Of a stretch of 64,000 bases of DNA, positions 48,054 through 59,454 are shown one piece after another; positions within the stretch are counted from its first letter, which is position 1; the number at the start of each line of letters is the position of its first letter. Both the position numbers and the translations under genes were made by a program. The stretch comes from Amoebophrya sp. A120 (lineage: Eukaryota; Protista; Dinoflagellata), in NCBI GenBank assembly GCA_905178155.1, contig CAJINV010000003.1, forward strand, positions 1,122,204 through 1,186,203, given 5' to 3'. The notes below the pieces were generated by a model. The model made no database searches and was not told the origin of the DNA. It was given only the letters and a program-made list of their open reading frames with translations.

Positions 48054-49120
48054 CCTAGGAACGTGCAGTGCCGTTGTGCACCTTCTTGCAGGTGGTCCTC
48101 TGGATCGCTCGTTGATTCCAATGTAGATGACGGAAGGCAAAGTTGTATGCAGGTATGTAGTTGAAGATAATGCCGTGGCAAATAATGTCAAGAACCTCTG
48201 TCTGGTCTTTATGTTCACCTTCTAGCAGCACTTGTCATCCAATGCATTTTTTGTATCTTCTGGCCATTTTGATTCATCACGAAGCAAAGCACACATCGAA
48301 ACGCCACGGAGCACTCACAAGACGCTCAACATCGATCACACTTCTATACTTGTTTCTGCACCATCAACGGATCAACATTTCCATTCGTGTCTAGCTCTGT
48401 GCGTCCCTTCTATACTCGCTCTCTGCGTGTCTAGTCCGTAAACAAGGCGAAGTAGAATCGAATTCTCTCAGGCGAAACGGCCATAGTGATACTTGCGTAC
48501 GATGCACGACGCGCTTCCTTGCCTGCAGTTTTCCATGTTCGTACCTTTTTTCTCCGTGGCGCAAACCTGGATATCGTTAGAGTCCGGTGCGGGTTTCTGT
48601 CTTTCTTTTTCGTCCGTCATTGCGGTCGCGGCACAATTTTTCATTGGGAAAGTTGACTTTTTCTGTCCGAGCTGCGGCGCAACACGAAGACTCCGTCCGT
48701 GTTCGTATTAATTTCAGCAGAAGTTGATGATAATGAACAAAGACAGCGTATCGAAGTGAATCTAGATCTTCTCGAAGTCGAGGCGGGTCCTGAGTACCCG
48801 CGCTCCAACTAACAAGGTAGCAAAGAAGCTGTTGAATACTATACTGTACTCTGGTTTCCGAAGGAGTTTAGTAGAGGAGAGGAAGGAAGTACAAAGTAAA
48901 AGAAGGTCAACTAACTTATCGGTCAAAACCACTCACACCTGGATCTAAAGCAAGATCAAGAATGAGCGACTTTATTGCGTGGGTCGTTTAAAGTTTTGTT
49001 TTCGACACAGGAAAGATATAGGGAAAGGAATCAGAAGTGCGAAATTGTGGCGGCAGCTTTGCAGCAAGAAAGTGCAAACTAAAGCGTAGACCCTCAAAAA
49101 TCAGTGTCCTTGCTATGACA

Positions 49121-52100
49121 TCAGGCTCGATTGCCGGACGGGGGTGCGTTTTCGTTGGTGGGCCGCTTCTTCTTTCGTTCGTCGCTGTAGCGACGCCCTT
49201 TCACGTTGAAAAACACCCCAGTGCGGCCGCCCATGAAACTCGTGGAACACTGACTGCTGGTATCTCCGAAGGAGCTTTTTGCGTCGGGATCCAGCGGTGG
49301 AAGAGCGCTGTTCCGCAGGAAGTTCTGCAAGTTGTTCACATTTTGCCCACTCAAAGGAGCACTTTCCCGCTGCTCCGCCATCGGTTCCTTGGTTTTTTCC
49401 GTCTCCTTTCCGGCCCCCGCGCCACCCGGCTGCAAGGCCTGGAAGTGAAAGGCATTTTTGTTGTCGTCGGCCGGAATGTTCTCGAAGCAAGGCTGCAGTA
49501 TCTGGTGGTCCAGGCTGGAAGAGTGCGGCCGAAGGTGCGAATCAACCTGCAACTGCATGGAGGGCAGCAAATCCATGGACCGGCTGTTCGCCACCGGAGT
49601 GCGGTTGTTCAGCGGTGTAGACCCGGAGTAGGTGCCGTCCACGAACTGTTTCCGGGCCGACGTCGACGCGAAGACCCTGGAGTTTTGGTAGAACTCGTGG
49701 AATTCGCGACTCGGGTCCTCCTGGGCACTGCTGAAACTGTGGTCGTGCAGACGCGACGCACTGGCGGCGCCGATCCGCTGCCCCGCGGCACTGACGAAGG
49801 AACTGCTGCCGTGGTTGTTGTTATTCTGCGGGGTTCGCAGAACCGATTGGTTCAAGTTGCTATGCATTTCGTCGTGCTTCGCAGGGGGCGTCTGGGGCTT
49901 CTTCACCAGCTTCACCAGGTCCTCGGAGACCACGATCCTGTTTTGCATCTGCTCTGCAGACAGCAGCGCTTCCGAGGACGGCTTCGTTGGCGTGGGACCG
50001 GCGGGGGCCTGGTAGTCCGCGGCTATGGGCACATCGTGGTCGAACGGGGTGGGCGGCACGGAAAGTCCAGGGCCTGTCCCCAAATGCGCGTCGTGGGAAT
50101 TGTTCATGATGTGGCTCTCGTCCGTGTCTAGCAGCCACGAACCGCGTTCTGGCGAAACCTTCTTCATCCCTGGGGGCTGATGCGGATGTTGGCCAGTCAT
50201 CGGAATCGCGCCTGGCAGGCTATGCCCCGGATCACCTATTGCAGGATTTGTTTGTGACAACACGCCTGAACTCCCGCCAGCTGCCGAAGCGCCAAAAATT
50301 GCTGTCCGTGCAGCTGGATCAAGCGGTATACCCGTGAACAGAGATTTCCCCGGCGCAGGTCCCCCCGCTCCGAATATGTTGCTAGCGGTGCTGCTGCTAC
50401 TGCCACCATAAGTGGTGCTTCCGACATTGTGCGTCACAGACGACGTCGCGGGTTGTCCACTTCGTCCGCTCGGACGGAAAATGTTGGACGAAAACGTGCT
50501 CCCAGCTGCGCTACTCCCTGCTGATTGCGCTCCTATGGGGGGATGATGTGCGGACGTGCCTCCGAACACACTCGCTGAGAATGATCCCGGTCGTTGTTGG
50601 TGGGCTATTTGTGGTGGCGCTACTTCAACATCTGGCTTGCTGAACAATGAAGCGCCGACCGCGGCTCGCTTCGAGTGCTCTTCCAGAACCTGCTCAAAGT
50701 TGTCCTCATCGTTTCCGTATGGGATCCGCCCCGTAATAGCAGCAGGTGGCTTCGCACTCGAAGAGGCACTAGAATTACCAGCCGCGCCGACCGCTCCCGT
50801 GAGGCGCTGCTGCATTTCCGACAGGTTTTCGCGGATGGCGCGCATGTCCGATCTGGACTGCGGGACGGGCGACTCTTCTGGATTCAAAAGCCGGTCGTTG
50901 ACGTTCATGATGTTCAACCCAGAGGTGTCGATCTTCGACTGCGCTGCGGCACCAGCACCCCCGAGATCCGACCCCTTCCGCCGCCCGCGCGCCGGTGTGG
51001 ACCCGGGCGGCGCGGGCTCCAGGTCGTCGTCTTCGAAATCCATCCGCGAGCCGATCCGATTGCGCAAGTCGTCTTCTGGTGCTTCTTGCTTCATCTGAAC
51101 CGACAAGGGTATTGGATTTCGCGAAGCGGTTTTATGGTTTTCGTCCTGCTGCATCATGATCTCTGCGGGGTGCTGCGAGGTCGTGGACACGAAGCTCGCT
51201 TGACATCGCTCGTCGGCCACGACAGCAGGTTGTTCTCTTCTCATACTGACGTTCAAGCCGGAGCCGCTCGGGGCACCACCACCCGTACCAGTAAAGCGAC
51301 TGGAGGAAGACGTAGCAGCTGAGGTGCCGGTGAGAATTACCGTCGGCGCGGTCGGCGGCCGGCCCGAACGCGAGGCACGATCCGCGGCGGTGACCACCGG
51401 CACCGTTTGTCGCAAATGCGCCTCCACTTCGGCCTCAGGGGCACGCAGCACCTCGGATGCGGTCGCGATCCGGTCTAGGGACTTACGCGCTTCCCTTGAT
51501 TTTCGCCCCGGCTTGATGTAGCGCAGGTTGAAGTCGCGTTGCTGCAAAAGATCGATGCGCTCGCGCTCCGCGAAAAGCTTGCTCTCCAACTGAGTCAGCC
51601 GCCGAACGTCTCGCGTCTTGCGGTCCCGGAAGTCTTGGCACTTGCGCCGCAATTTTCGTTCTTCCTCCTGCTTTTCCTGCTGGAACTCGCGCTCAAGCGA
51701 GCGGTGCTCCCGCCGTCGCTGCTGGATCAGGTCCGCGATGTTTTCGCGCTGCTTGCGCAGGTCCTCGGTCTGCTTCACAACTTTTTCCAGGTGCGCGCGC
51801 TTCGCTTGCAGTTCCGCGGCCTGAAAATGAATTCAAATTTGTCAAGCACATCGCGAACAGTAAATTGCTGCACAATAAAAATCCGATCCATATCCAATCG
51901 GTGATGAGCATGAGATCGCCAAACAAATGACAAATGAGCAAACTAAATAGACCAAAAAACGTTGAATACTCCTGTTTTAGCTTCCTGTTCGCTGTCCGCC
52001 TTCAGCCGATTGTAGATTTTTTCCTTTTCCGAGACTTGCCCGGTCAGCTTCACCTTGTTGGTCTCGGAATGCTCCTGCTTTTCGCGGAGAACGGCGATCT

Positions 52101-54101
52101 TCTCCAAGTAGCTCTCCCGTTGCTTCTGGAGTTCCTGCAGCAGCGCCTGCGCGTCCTGTAGCTCCTGCTGCTTCTGGGCCATGGCCGCCTCAAACTTCTG
52201 GCCGTCGGCCATGTGCTGCCGGCACTTGTTGCGCGCCTCGTCGCGGACCTTGTAGGTCGCCTCGCGCTTCTCCTCGTTGGACTTCTCGCACTCCGTCAGC
52301 TCCAGCTCCTTCTTCGCGAGGGTTTTCGTGGCGTCCTGCAGCTGCGAACGCTCCTTCAGCAGCTCCTTCTGCTCCGCAACCGTGATGGGTTGGTCGCGGA
52401 GGATCTGATAGTGATAGATATGTAGGCCGCGTAAGAAAATAAGTAATAGGAGATGGCAGGAGCCCAGATTGCCATATTGCGGGTCGATCACGATATCGAA
52501 TACAGTAGGGGTGAGAACCGCCTTGCAAATCAAACTTCGCTACCTACATGTTGATGTTGAACTTGAAACTGTGCATCTACTGTTGTAAGATTCTCATACC
52601 TTATCCAAGCGCTCCTTCTCAGTCTCGAGCTTCTGCTGCTCCCGGTCTCGGACGTCCGCTTTGGCCTGCAGCTGTCGCAACGCATCCTGCAACTCTGCGA
52701 GCTTGCGCTTTTCCGCGCTGAGGTTGGTCTTCTTGCGCGTTAAATCGTTGCGCAGCCGGGACACGCGGTCCTTCACTTCCGGCAGCCGGGGCCGCTTCTC
52801 TGCTTCCGTGAGACGAGTTTCGAGCGCGGTCCTATAGGGTTAGGGAAAAGGAATACATGGTAACAGCAACGATGTTGATAGAAATTTCTGAAATCACTAA
52901 AAACTCTCGATGCTGGTGCAATGACAGGACAAACGAATTATTGGAACGGATTCCCCCCTTGACCTTTGCAACAAAGATGTGCTATAATTTTCCAACAAGT
53001 TTATTTCTACCTCTCCTTCGCCAAATCGATGAGGGTCGTTTCCCGCGCTTTGCGGATGGCCTCCGCCTGGGCCCGCTTCTCCCCGTGCAGTTCTTGCACC
53101 ACCTCGTCCTGTCCGTGCAGGAAGGCCTTGTAGGTCCGCGCTAGTATGTCGAAACGGCGGCGCCACTCCAGGTCCTGCCAACTCTTGCTGCGGGCACCGG
53201 ACGACGGCGCACCGCGGGCGCTCACGGGCATCAGGGGCTCCTCGCCGCGGAGATAAGGCTGGATCAGTTTCATGTCGATGGAAAGCAGTTCCACCACCCA
53301 GTGCAAACTGGCCAGCACCGAGGGCCACGTCGTGGGCGCACCGACGAGCAAAAGAGAGGCCTTCGTCACGTTCAGCGGATACCTTTTGCAGGTTTTGGGA
53401 TGGAATGTTCAATAGCGCAGGCGAACAAGTTGAGTTTCGACGCAAATGTTGTATCATTTGAACTTTTCTCTGTGCACCAAATTATTTGTACTTACTTCCA
53501 TTTTCACTTTCTCCATACCTGATGCGCTGGAGTGCCTCTGGAAGTTCCTCGTCCATTTTCTTGGTCAGCGGCGTGTTGGGATCGATTTGCGCGAACAGAA
53601 ACTGCATGAGCCCGTAGAACTCCTTCCCGCTTGGGCCCTGGATAAATTTCGGCGAGAGGGAATGCGGGTACCCGGTGGACGTCAGGAACGTGGTTATCTG
53701 CTTCACCGCACTCAGCATCCAACTTTTGTCAAAGACGGGTCGCGGGTCCTTCATCTATTTTCATTTTATTTTTTTTCATCGGCAACAGAAAAAGTTCCAA
53801 ACACTAACACATGAAGTGACGAAATAGAAGAAGGAAGCATCGCTTCACCAACGTTCCCAATGTTCATCTTCATTACCGAAGAAGCAACACCAACACCAAA
53901 GCAGTTGTGAAAAAATACCTTTGCCATCCGCCCGCTGAGGTGCTTAACGGAGCTCCCGGGAATGAGCGACTTTCGGTGCTCTGACTGTGGCGTTGCATTT
54001 CCGAAAGGCGTACGTTGCGGCGACCGCGCCCTACGGGAGGAGCGCCCGGCTGCGTACGAGGAGCCGGCCGGCGCCGGACGCGGCGTCGTGATGTCAGGCA
54101 T
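49121..54101 (-). CDS. NDC80: Kinetochore protein NDC80/HEC1 with long C-terminal disordered extension, about 1385 aa
   Basis: Exons 54101-53919, 53754-53519, 53382-53011, 52831-52600, 52404-51970 and 51820-49121. Ndc80 CH domain 'KDPRPVFDKSW...PSGKEF...RYPLNVTKASLLLVGAPTTWPSVLASLHWVVEL' followed by coiled coil. Confidence 0.88.
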
Positions 54102-54775
54102 GATCTTCGTCGAGAGGATGAAGGTCTTCAGCACAGAAAACCTCCGACGCGGAAAGTAGAGAAGGACGAACTCTTTTTATGCATCTTCCAGACCCTCATT
54201 GCTTGGTGTTCTTCTGGCGTATGTATAGACTCTTCTGCTTACTTTTACACAAAAAAACGCTTCAAGAAAAAGAACAACAGACGAATTCTTGCACTTGACT
54301 CCTTCCTATGTACTTTAAGCGTTGAATTCTTTGGGCCAGTAGTCCGGTCAGTCCTCGCGAAGTTTGTCTCAGTTGCCTTTTTCCAAAAGATCCAGATCGT
54401 TCGATGCCGATTCCGTCAAAATGCACAATTTTCTTCACGCTCTCAAGCTATTGGTCGAAACAACGAAGCGCAAGCGACGTCCTCCCGAGTCGAAATCGAC
54501 ATCGAGCTGAGGAAGAAACAATTCGAACTGTAGAGCGAAAGTGTGGCGAGAACAGTCGACAGCGAAAAGAAAAAGAATGCCACCGCTTCGTGACAATAAA
54601 CACGCTGGGCTGTTTTTTCTGATGATAATTTAAATCTGTCCGACTCTAAGCCTTAGATTGATTGTCCCTTTTATCGACTCCTATTCTTCTACGTCCCTGG
54701 AGTCTCATATATCGTTTTTTAGTCGGACGTACCTTTTTTCTGATATATCGTTTGAGCCGGACGCACAACTGAAAC

Positions 54776-55055
54776 TGTTAGGAATTCTGAACACATTCAC
54801 AGCATACGAATAGCGGTCGAGTTCGCATCTTTCTGTTTGGAATGATTCAGAACGGAGTACTGATTCACATCTGTATACAGGTGGTGTTTCAAGATGGATT
54901 GATTCGTTTGGTTTGGTCAACCAGACCACAAAGACGACGAGACGACTAAGCTAAACGGTTAGGATCGTTACTGTGCTGAAGATCAAGATCGATGGAACCA
55001 CGCAGGGGAGCTTGAACACGCATTGCATGCTGTGTGCATAAAGCTCTAGTCAACA
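54776..55055 (-). repeat. 3' LTR (280 bp)
   Basis: Identical by eye to 60775-61054; preceded on the minus strand by the polypurine tract. Confidence 0.96.
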
Positions 55056-55066
55056 TTCCCCCCCCC
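55056..55066 (-). promoter_or_regulatory. Polypurine tract GGGGGGGGGAA
   Basis: Purine run abutting the 3' LTR on the element sense strand. Confidence 0.9.
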
Positions 55067-55245
55067 AAGCGCAAGCCGTTTTTCGAAAATCGCAGCAAGT
55101 AAAAGCTGTGCGACAAAATCACCACCAGAAGCTTGCAATGAAAAAGCAAAGCAGAATGGTGGATCACAAGTTTTTCTTTCAAAAGCGATCAGGATGGCTA
55201 CGGCATGAAAAAGCGCAAGGGGCTCCGGCGTATACAAGTTCCTTT

Positions 55246-58200
55246 CTAAGCCCAAAGGTCTTCAAGTGAAAAGAAGAGACCGGGCACGCCTACCACAGTG
55301 AAACAAGCGTCGACCTCCTCAGGGTCTTCGGACACTTTCACTTTCCTCTTGTTCGTCATGTGCGGATTGTGGTGGAAGACGTGATCTCGAACCTCACGAG
55401 GCACATTGTTCTTTGTGAGGCAATCAGCTTTCATGTGCTCAGTGGGACAGAACTTAATCTTTTCGCATTCATCCGCAACTTTGTGGTAGCGCAGGGCAAC
55501 GTGGCGGCTACGCGGGCGCTGTGCATCGCCTGGCGTCTTGGCGACCGTGATGGCGGTCTGATTGTCCATCCAAAGGTCTTCGCTAGCATCGCGATCTTCA
55601 AGAAAACCCTTGAAGGTGCATGTCTCGGACATGATCAGTCCATCAGAGCCAGCTACAAACTCTGCTTCGAATGTGGAATGCGTTCTGACCGATTGGCGCG
55701 CGGTCTTCCACACGATGGGGGCGCCTCTGTAGTACAGCAGAGCGCCAGACGTGCTTTTCAACGTTACAAAACAAGATGCAAAACTTGCGTCGGTGAAGAG
55801 ATTCCAGTCTTTCAACTTTTCTCCCTTTTGCAGAAGTGATCCGTATACCTGCTTGAACTTTTGTTCGTTCTCGGGTGAGTAGTCGATGCCTACGTCTTCG
55901 GTGTGAATGACATAGCGCAAAACTTTCTTTACGCATGCGACTACTGCTTTGGTGCAGGGCTTGCTTGCTACCTTTGCGAGGCAGTTAACGGGCTGCGCGA
56001 TGTCGGGCCTACAAATCGTTACGCACCATTGCAGGGCACCTACAGCTTCCCGCAACGGGAATTTCACTTCGGGCGAGGCGGTATCGTACAGAGCTGATTC
56101 GGTGAAGCATGGATTGTCAACTTTCTTACAACCAACCATGCCAAACTTCGGAGCTAGTTTTGTTCGGATGTAACTCTGCATGCAAATGCGTACTTTGTAC
56201 TTGTTCGGGTTGTAGTGGACGTCTGCACCGAGCTGATCATACAAAAGATCACCATTTGGCTGGTGTTCGGGCTCAATGATCTTGCCAGGAAACTCTTTCA
56301 AAATCAAACTGACTTCATGCCTAAGCTCGTGCTCGTCCGGGCCTGTTGCGGTGTTGTCATCTACATAAACTCCCATCTTCATATACTTACTGAACTTCTT
56401 GTAACTCTGGAAGTTGTTGCCTGTGGCCTTGGAGAGCTTTCTCCACAACCCTTTTTCTGTTGACTGTGTCCAACCGAGACTGACTAACTTCTTTTCGTAG
56501 TGCTTTGCCCACAGCCTCGGGGATTGTGGTAACCCATAAAGGGCACGAACTAGCTTCCGAATACCATCGTCGTTTTGCTCACGCCATTCCTTTGGCAGAC
56601 GAATGAAAATTTCCGAATCGATCAAGCTCTGTACGAATGCGTTGTCAATGTCAAACAAAATTATGGCATCACCATGCGCGGCGGCATCGATCAGCAGGTA
56701 GCGCGAGGCTCCAAAGCTGATTACGGGCGCGTAAACTTCTAACTCACCGCCGGGCTTGTAGAGATTACCTAGGACGACAGCACGGCACTTGAACTTGCCA
56801 CAGCGCTTGCGGCTAAGCACCAATGCTATCGGGACCACGCCTGTGGTCTTAGCGCGTTCTAACTCTTCTGGAGTAGGCACTCTCCACGTCTGAAACGCCT
56901 CAAGCTTGCACTTCTCGAGGGATTTGGCTTCTAACCAGTGCGGCGCATCTGGCGAGCTCATCGCGGCAACGTTCGCGAACTGTGGAAGTGCTTCGACTAA
57001 CTCTTCACCCTCTTCGAAATCGTCTACGACGCTGTCACATACATAACAATCATTGATCACTTCTGCAAAGTCGGCATAAAACGCATCTGAGTTCTCGGCT
57101 TCGGACAATTGCTGCTTTGTTCTTCGCGTGCGTTGCGTTTTGTCCTTTGCCCCTTTGGGCCTACCGCGCGGGCGCTTGGTCTTTTCGCGACCAAAGACCA
57201 CTTCAGGGTCTGGCTCATGGTGTTCAACCGTGTTCCGGGCGGGCGCGCGCGATGAAACTGAATCAGGTGCGGAATGCGGATTTTGTACTTGCGAATTGTC
57301 ACCACTGGCATGCTGATTTGACTGAAGATTGATGTCTTTGAACGAGGCAGAGGATGCGTTATGAGCGTGTTCTTGTGAAGCTGCTTTCTCGACTTCTAAA
57401 AGTGGCAGGGAGTTGGACCCGCCAACCCCCCCAGAACCTGAGACCTCTGAACCACCCGGATTTTTGCGCACAGGAGCACAATCCCGATCAGAACCAACCA
57501 CCCGGGCATTGTCCTTCGAGCCACAGATAGTCTGCAGGAGCTGGTCGTCTGAAACTACGACGCCACCGCGGTACCCTGGGCGTAGAGAGTCAACATTGTC
57601 GATCAAAACTGACTCGACAAACTTCACGGCGTTTGTTTCGTAAACTGCCCAGCGCAAAGCGCCGGCCTTGGAGTATCGATCATCCTTAACGTAAGTTCCA
57701 ACTAGATAGCACGAGGACTGATCGCAATACCCAAGAAAGACTCCTTTCGTGTACTTCTCTACAAGTTTCTTGACCCCTTCTACTGGCTGTCTCAGGAAAT
57801 AAGCGAGGCAACCGAAGCGACGCATCCTGGAGTCAAAATTCGAAGTCTTCAATATCTCATCGGGCTCTTGGGGTTCTGTGCGAGAAACTTTCCGGTCATT
57901 TTGCAGTGACTTCCTCTGTCGACAAGCTTCCAAAGGTGAGAGACCATTGAACTGAGGGGCGCGCTTGTAGAATTTCCGCTGTAAGCGATTCCACGTGTAT
58001 ACAAAGTAAGAAGCGGCATAATCCCAAAGTCTCAAGTCGACACCCACTAGATTAGCCCTTAAACCGGGACCCAGAGTACCCATGAAGCGTTCGCACACAC
58101 CATTTTTCTGTGGTACGTATGGGACTGAGTGCTGCCGAAAAACGGAGAGCGCTTGGAGCGTATCCTCCCACTTCTTTGCTCTGAACGTGGGGTCGTTGTC

Positions 58201-59454
58201 ACTGCGGACAAACCATACGACCTTATCTGTCAAGTCGATGCTGTCCGATGCGCGAAGTTGCTTGATTAGCCGTTCTACGACTGCGTAGGCCTGATCTTTG
58301 TGCTTCAACTTGAACTCAAACACACGCGCAACAGCAGGGCAAATGAAAATCAATAGCCATGAATTGCCTGTCAAGCTGACGGGTTTGACTGGACCCCAAA
58401 AGTCAGCATCAAGTTGCTTTAGCGGTGTTGGATCAGAGTACTTCTGTGGTCGTTCTTTCCTAGCACCTGACCTGCCACCCTTTGCGAGGGCGCATTCAGG
58501 GCAAAACACCTCTTCACCTGGGACATGGATGTGGCCACGTCTTCGGTGTCGGTCTAACTTGGACAAGTAGCATAAATGCTCAAAATCCTCTACGCAGTCG
58601 GCCAAGGCATCTCCAGTGAAAATAGAAGCAGACTCATCGAGCTGTCCTACGCGGCGCTTTTTGCAGCAGTTGGATAAGCAATCAGGTGTGAAAAGATTGC
58701 AACCAAAACGCGACGCAGACAAAGCGTCTTCCTCTGACAAAACCTCTTCAAATTCTCTGCAGTATAAAGCCACACCCGTGCCGAAAAGCTCACCATCAGG
58801 CAAAAATGGTAAGTCAGGCGGGTTATTTTCTAATGGCACTGCGACATCTGCGAATCTTGAAACTATCTCAGACTTGGCTACTGCTTTTGGTTCTAGCTTT
58901 ACTGACCAACCCATTGCGTTCAGGGTGGTTGTAGGTAAAAGGCGGCGCACGGGCAAAGCGCTGTGAAAAATACCTACTGAGTAACCAAGTCGATTCGTCT
59001 TCAGCCTACCTATCCTTGGAGGATTTTTCGCTTGCAAAGTGCCTCCGACTCCATTGATTTTCACAGGATTGGAGCGAAAGGACACAAAATCGCTAAGCAC
59101 ACTCGACACGTAATGAGTAGTGCCACTGTCGAGGATATCCCTGTTTGTCCTCTGTTTTCTTTCCTCTGCCGAACCTTCATCCAAAATGGATTTGTTGATC
59201 TTGCACTCTATAATCGGCATTGATTGATCGATCTTGCACAGTAACGATTTTTGATTGTAACTAGTAGCATCGTGACTTGTGTAAAAGCACGAATAGTAGT
59301 TGTCGTCGTCATCAAATACATCGCTCTTTTCATCAGTGTTCTTCGACACATCAACGAAATTTGATTCCAACTCAGCATCGATTTTCACATCGTGATTTGA
59401 ATCCATCAGCATCGATTTATCATCGACATCATCAGCAGAATCGTGGTCCTTATG
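55246..59454 (-). CDS. pol: Copia Pol polyprotein (protease, integrase, RT, RNase H)
   Basis: ILDSGTTHYV protease; HRRRGH...CPEC; DADFWGP / RSDND / PQKNGVCER integrase; FDIDNAF, ALYGLPQSPRLW, YVDD RT; FTDASFA, STFEAEF, MDNQ, ADCLTK RNase H. The frame is open from immediately after the gag stop; first Met at 59412. Confidence 0.95.
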   Translation of the reverse strand, partial: HKDHDSADDVDDKSMLMDSNHDVKIDAELESNFVDVSKNTDEKSDVFDDDDNYYSCFYTSHDATSYNQKSLLCKIDQSMPIIECKINKSILDEGSAEERKQRTNRDILDSGTTHYVSSVLSDFVSFRSNPVKINGVGGTLQAKNPPRIGRLKTNRLGYSVGIFHSALPVRRLLPTTTLNAMGWSVKLEPKAVAKSEIVSRFADVAVPLENNPPDLPFLPDGELFGTGVALYCREFEEVLSEEDALSASRFGCNLFTPDCLSNCCKKRRVGQLDESASIFTGDALADCVEDFEHLCYLSKLDRHRRRGHIHVPGEEVFCPECALAKGGRSGARKERPQKYSDPTPLKQLDADFWGPVKPVSLTGNSWLLIFICPAVARVFEFKLKHKDQAYAVVERLIKQLRASDSIDLTDKVVWFVRSDNDPTFRAKKWEDTLQALSVFRQHSVPYVPQKNGVCERFMGTLGPGLRANLVGVDLRLWDYAASYFVYTWNRLQRKFYKRAPQFNGLSPLEACRQRKSLQNDRKVSRTEPQEPDEILKTSNFDSRMRRFGCLAYFLRQPVEGVKKLVEKYTKGVFLGYCDQSSCYLVGTYVKDDRYSKAGALRWAVYETNAVKFVESVLIDNVDSLRPGYRGGVVVSDDQLLQTICGSKDNARVVGSDRDCAPVRKNPGGSEVSGSGGVGGSNSLPLLEVEKAASQEHAHNASSASFKDINLQSNQHASGDNSQVQNPHSAPDSVSSRAPARNTVEHHEPDPEVVFGREKTKRPRGRPKGAKDKTQRTRRTKQQLSEAENSDAFYADFAEVINDCYVCDSVVDDFEEGEELVEALPQFANVAAMSSPDAPHWLEAKSLEKCKLEAFQTWRVPTPEELERAKTTGVVPIALVLSRKRCGKFKCRAVVLGNLYKPGGELEVYAPVISFGASRYLLIDAAAHGDAIILFDIDNAFVQSLIDSEIFIRLPKEWREQNDDGIRKLVRALYGLPQSPRLWAKHYEKKLVSLGWTQSTEKGLWRKLSKATGNNFQSYKKFSKYMKMGVYVDDNTATGPDEHELRHEVSLILKEFPGKIIEPEHQPNGDLLYDQLGADVHYNPNKYKVRICMQSYIRTKLAPKFGMVGCKKVDNPCFTESALYDTASPEVKFPLREAVGALQWCVTICRPDIAQPVNCLAKVASKPCTKAVVACVKKVLRYVIHTEDVGIDYSPENEQKFKQVYGSLLQKGEKLKDWNLFTDASFASCFVTLKSTSGALLYYRGAPIVWKTARQSVRTHSTFEAEFVAGSDGLIMSETCTFKGFLEDRDASEDLWMDNQTAITVAKTPGDAQRPRSRHVALRYHKVADECEKIKFCPTEHMKADCLTKNNVPREVRDHVFHHNPHMTNKRKVKVSEDPEEVDACFTVVGVPGLFFSLEDLWA

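Noticed and set aside
48262-48272. GCCATTTTG, a partial match to the dinoflagellate spliced leader (also GCTCAAG near 5524)
   Set aside because: Too short and on the non-coding strand.
51-54622. Numerous long plus-strand ORFs (e.g. 32350-33603, 49037-50131, 36693-37556)
   Set aside because: Antisense shadows of GC3-rich minus-strand exons, with no domains of their own.
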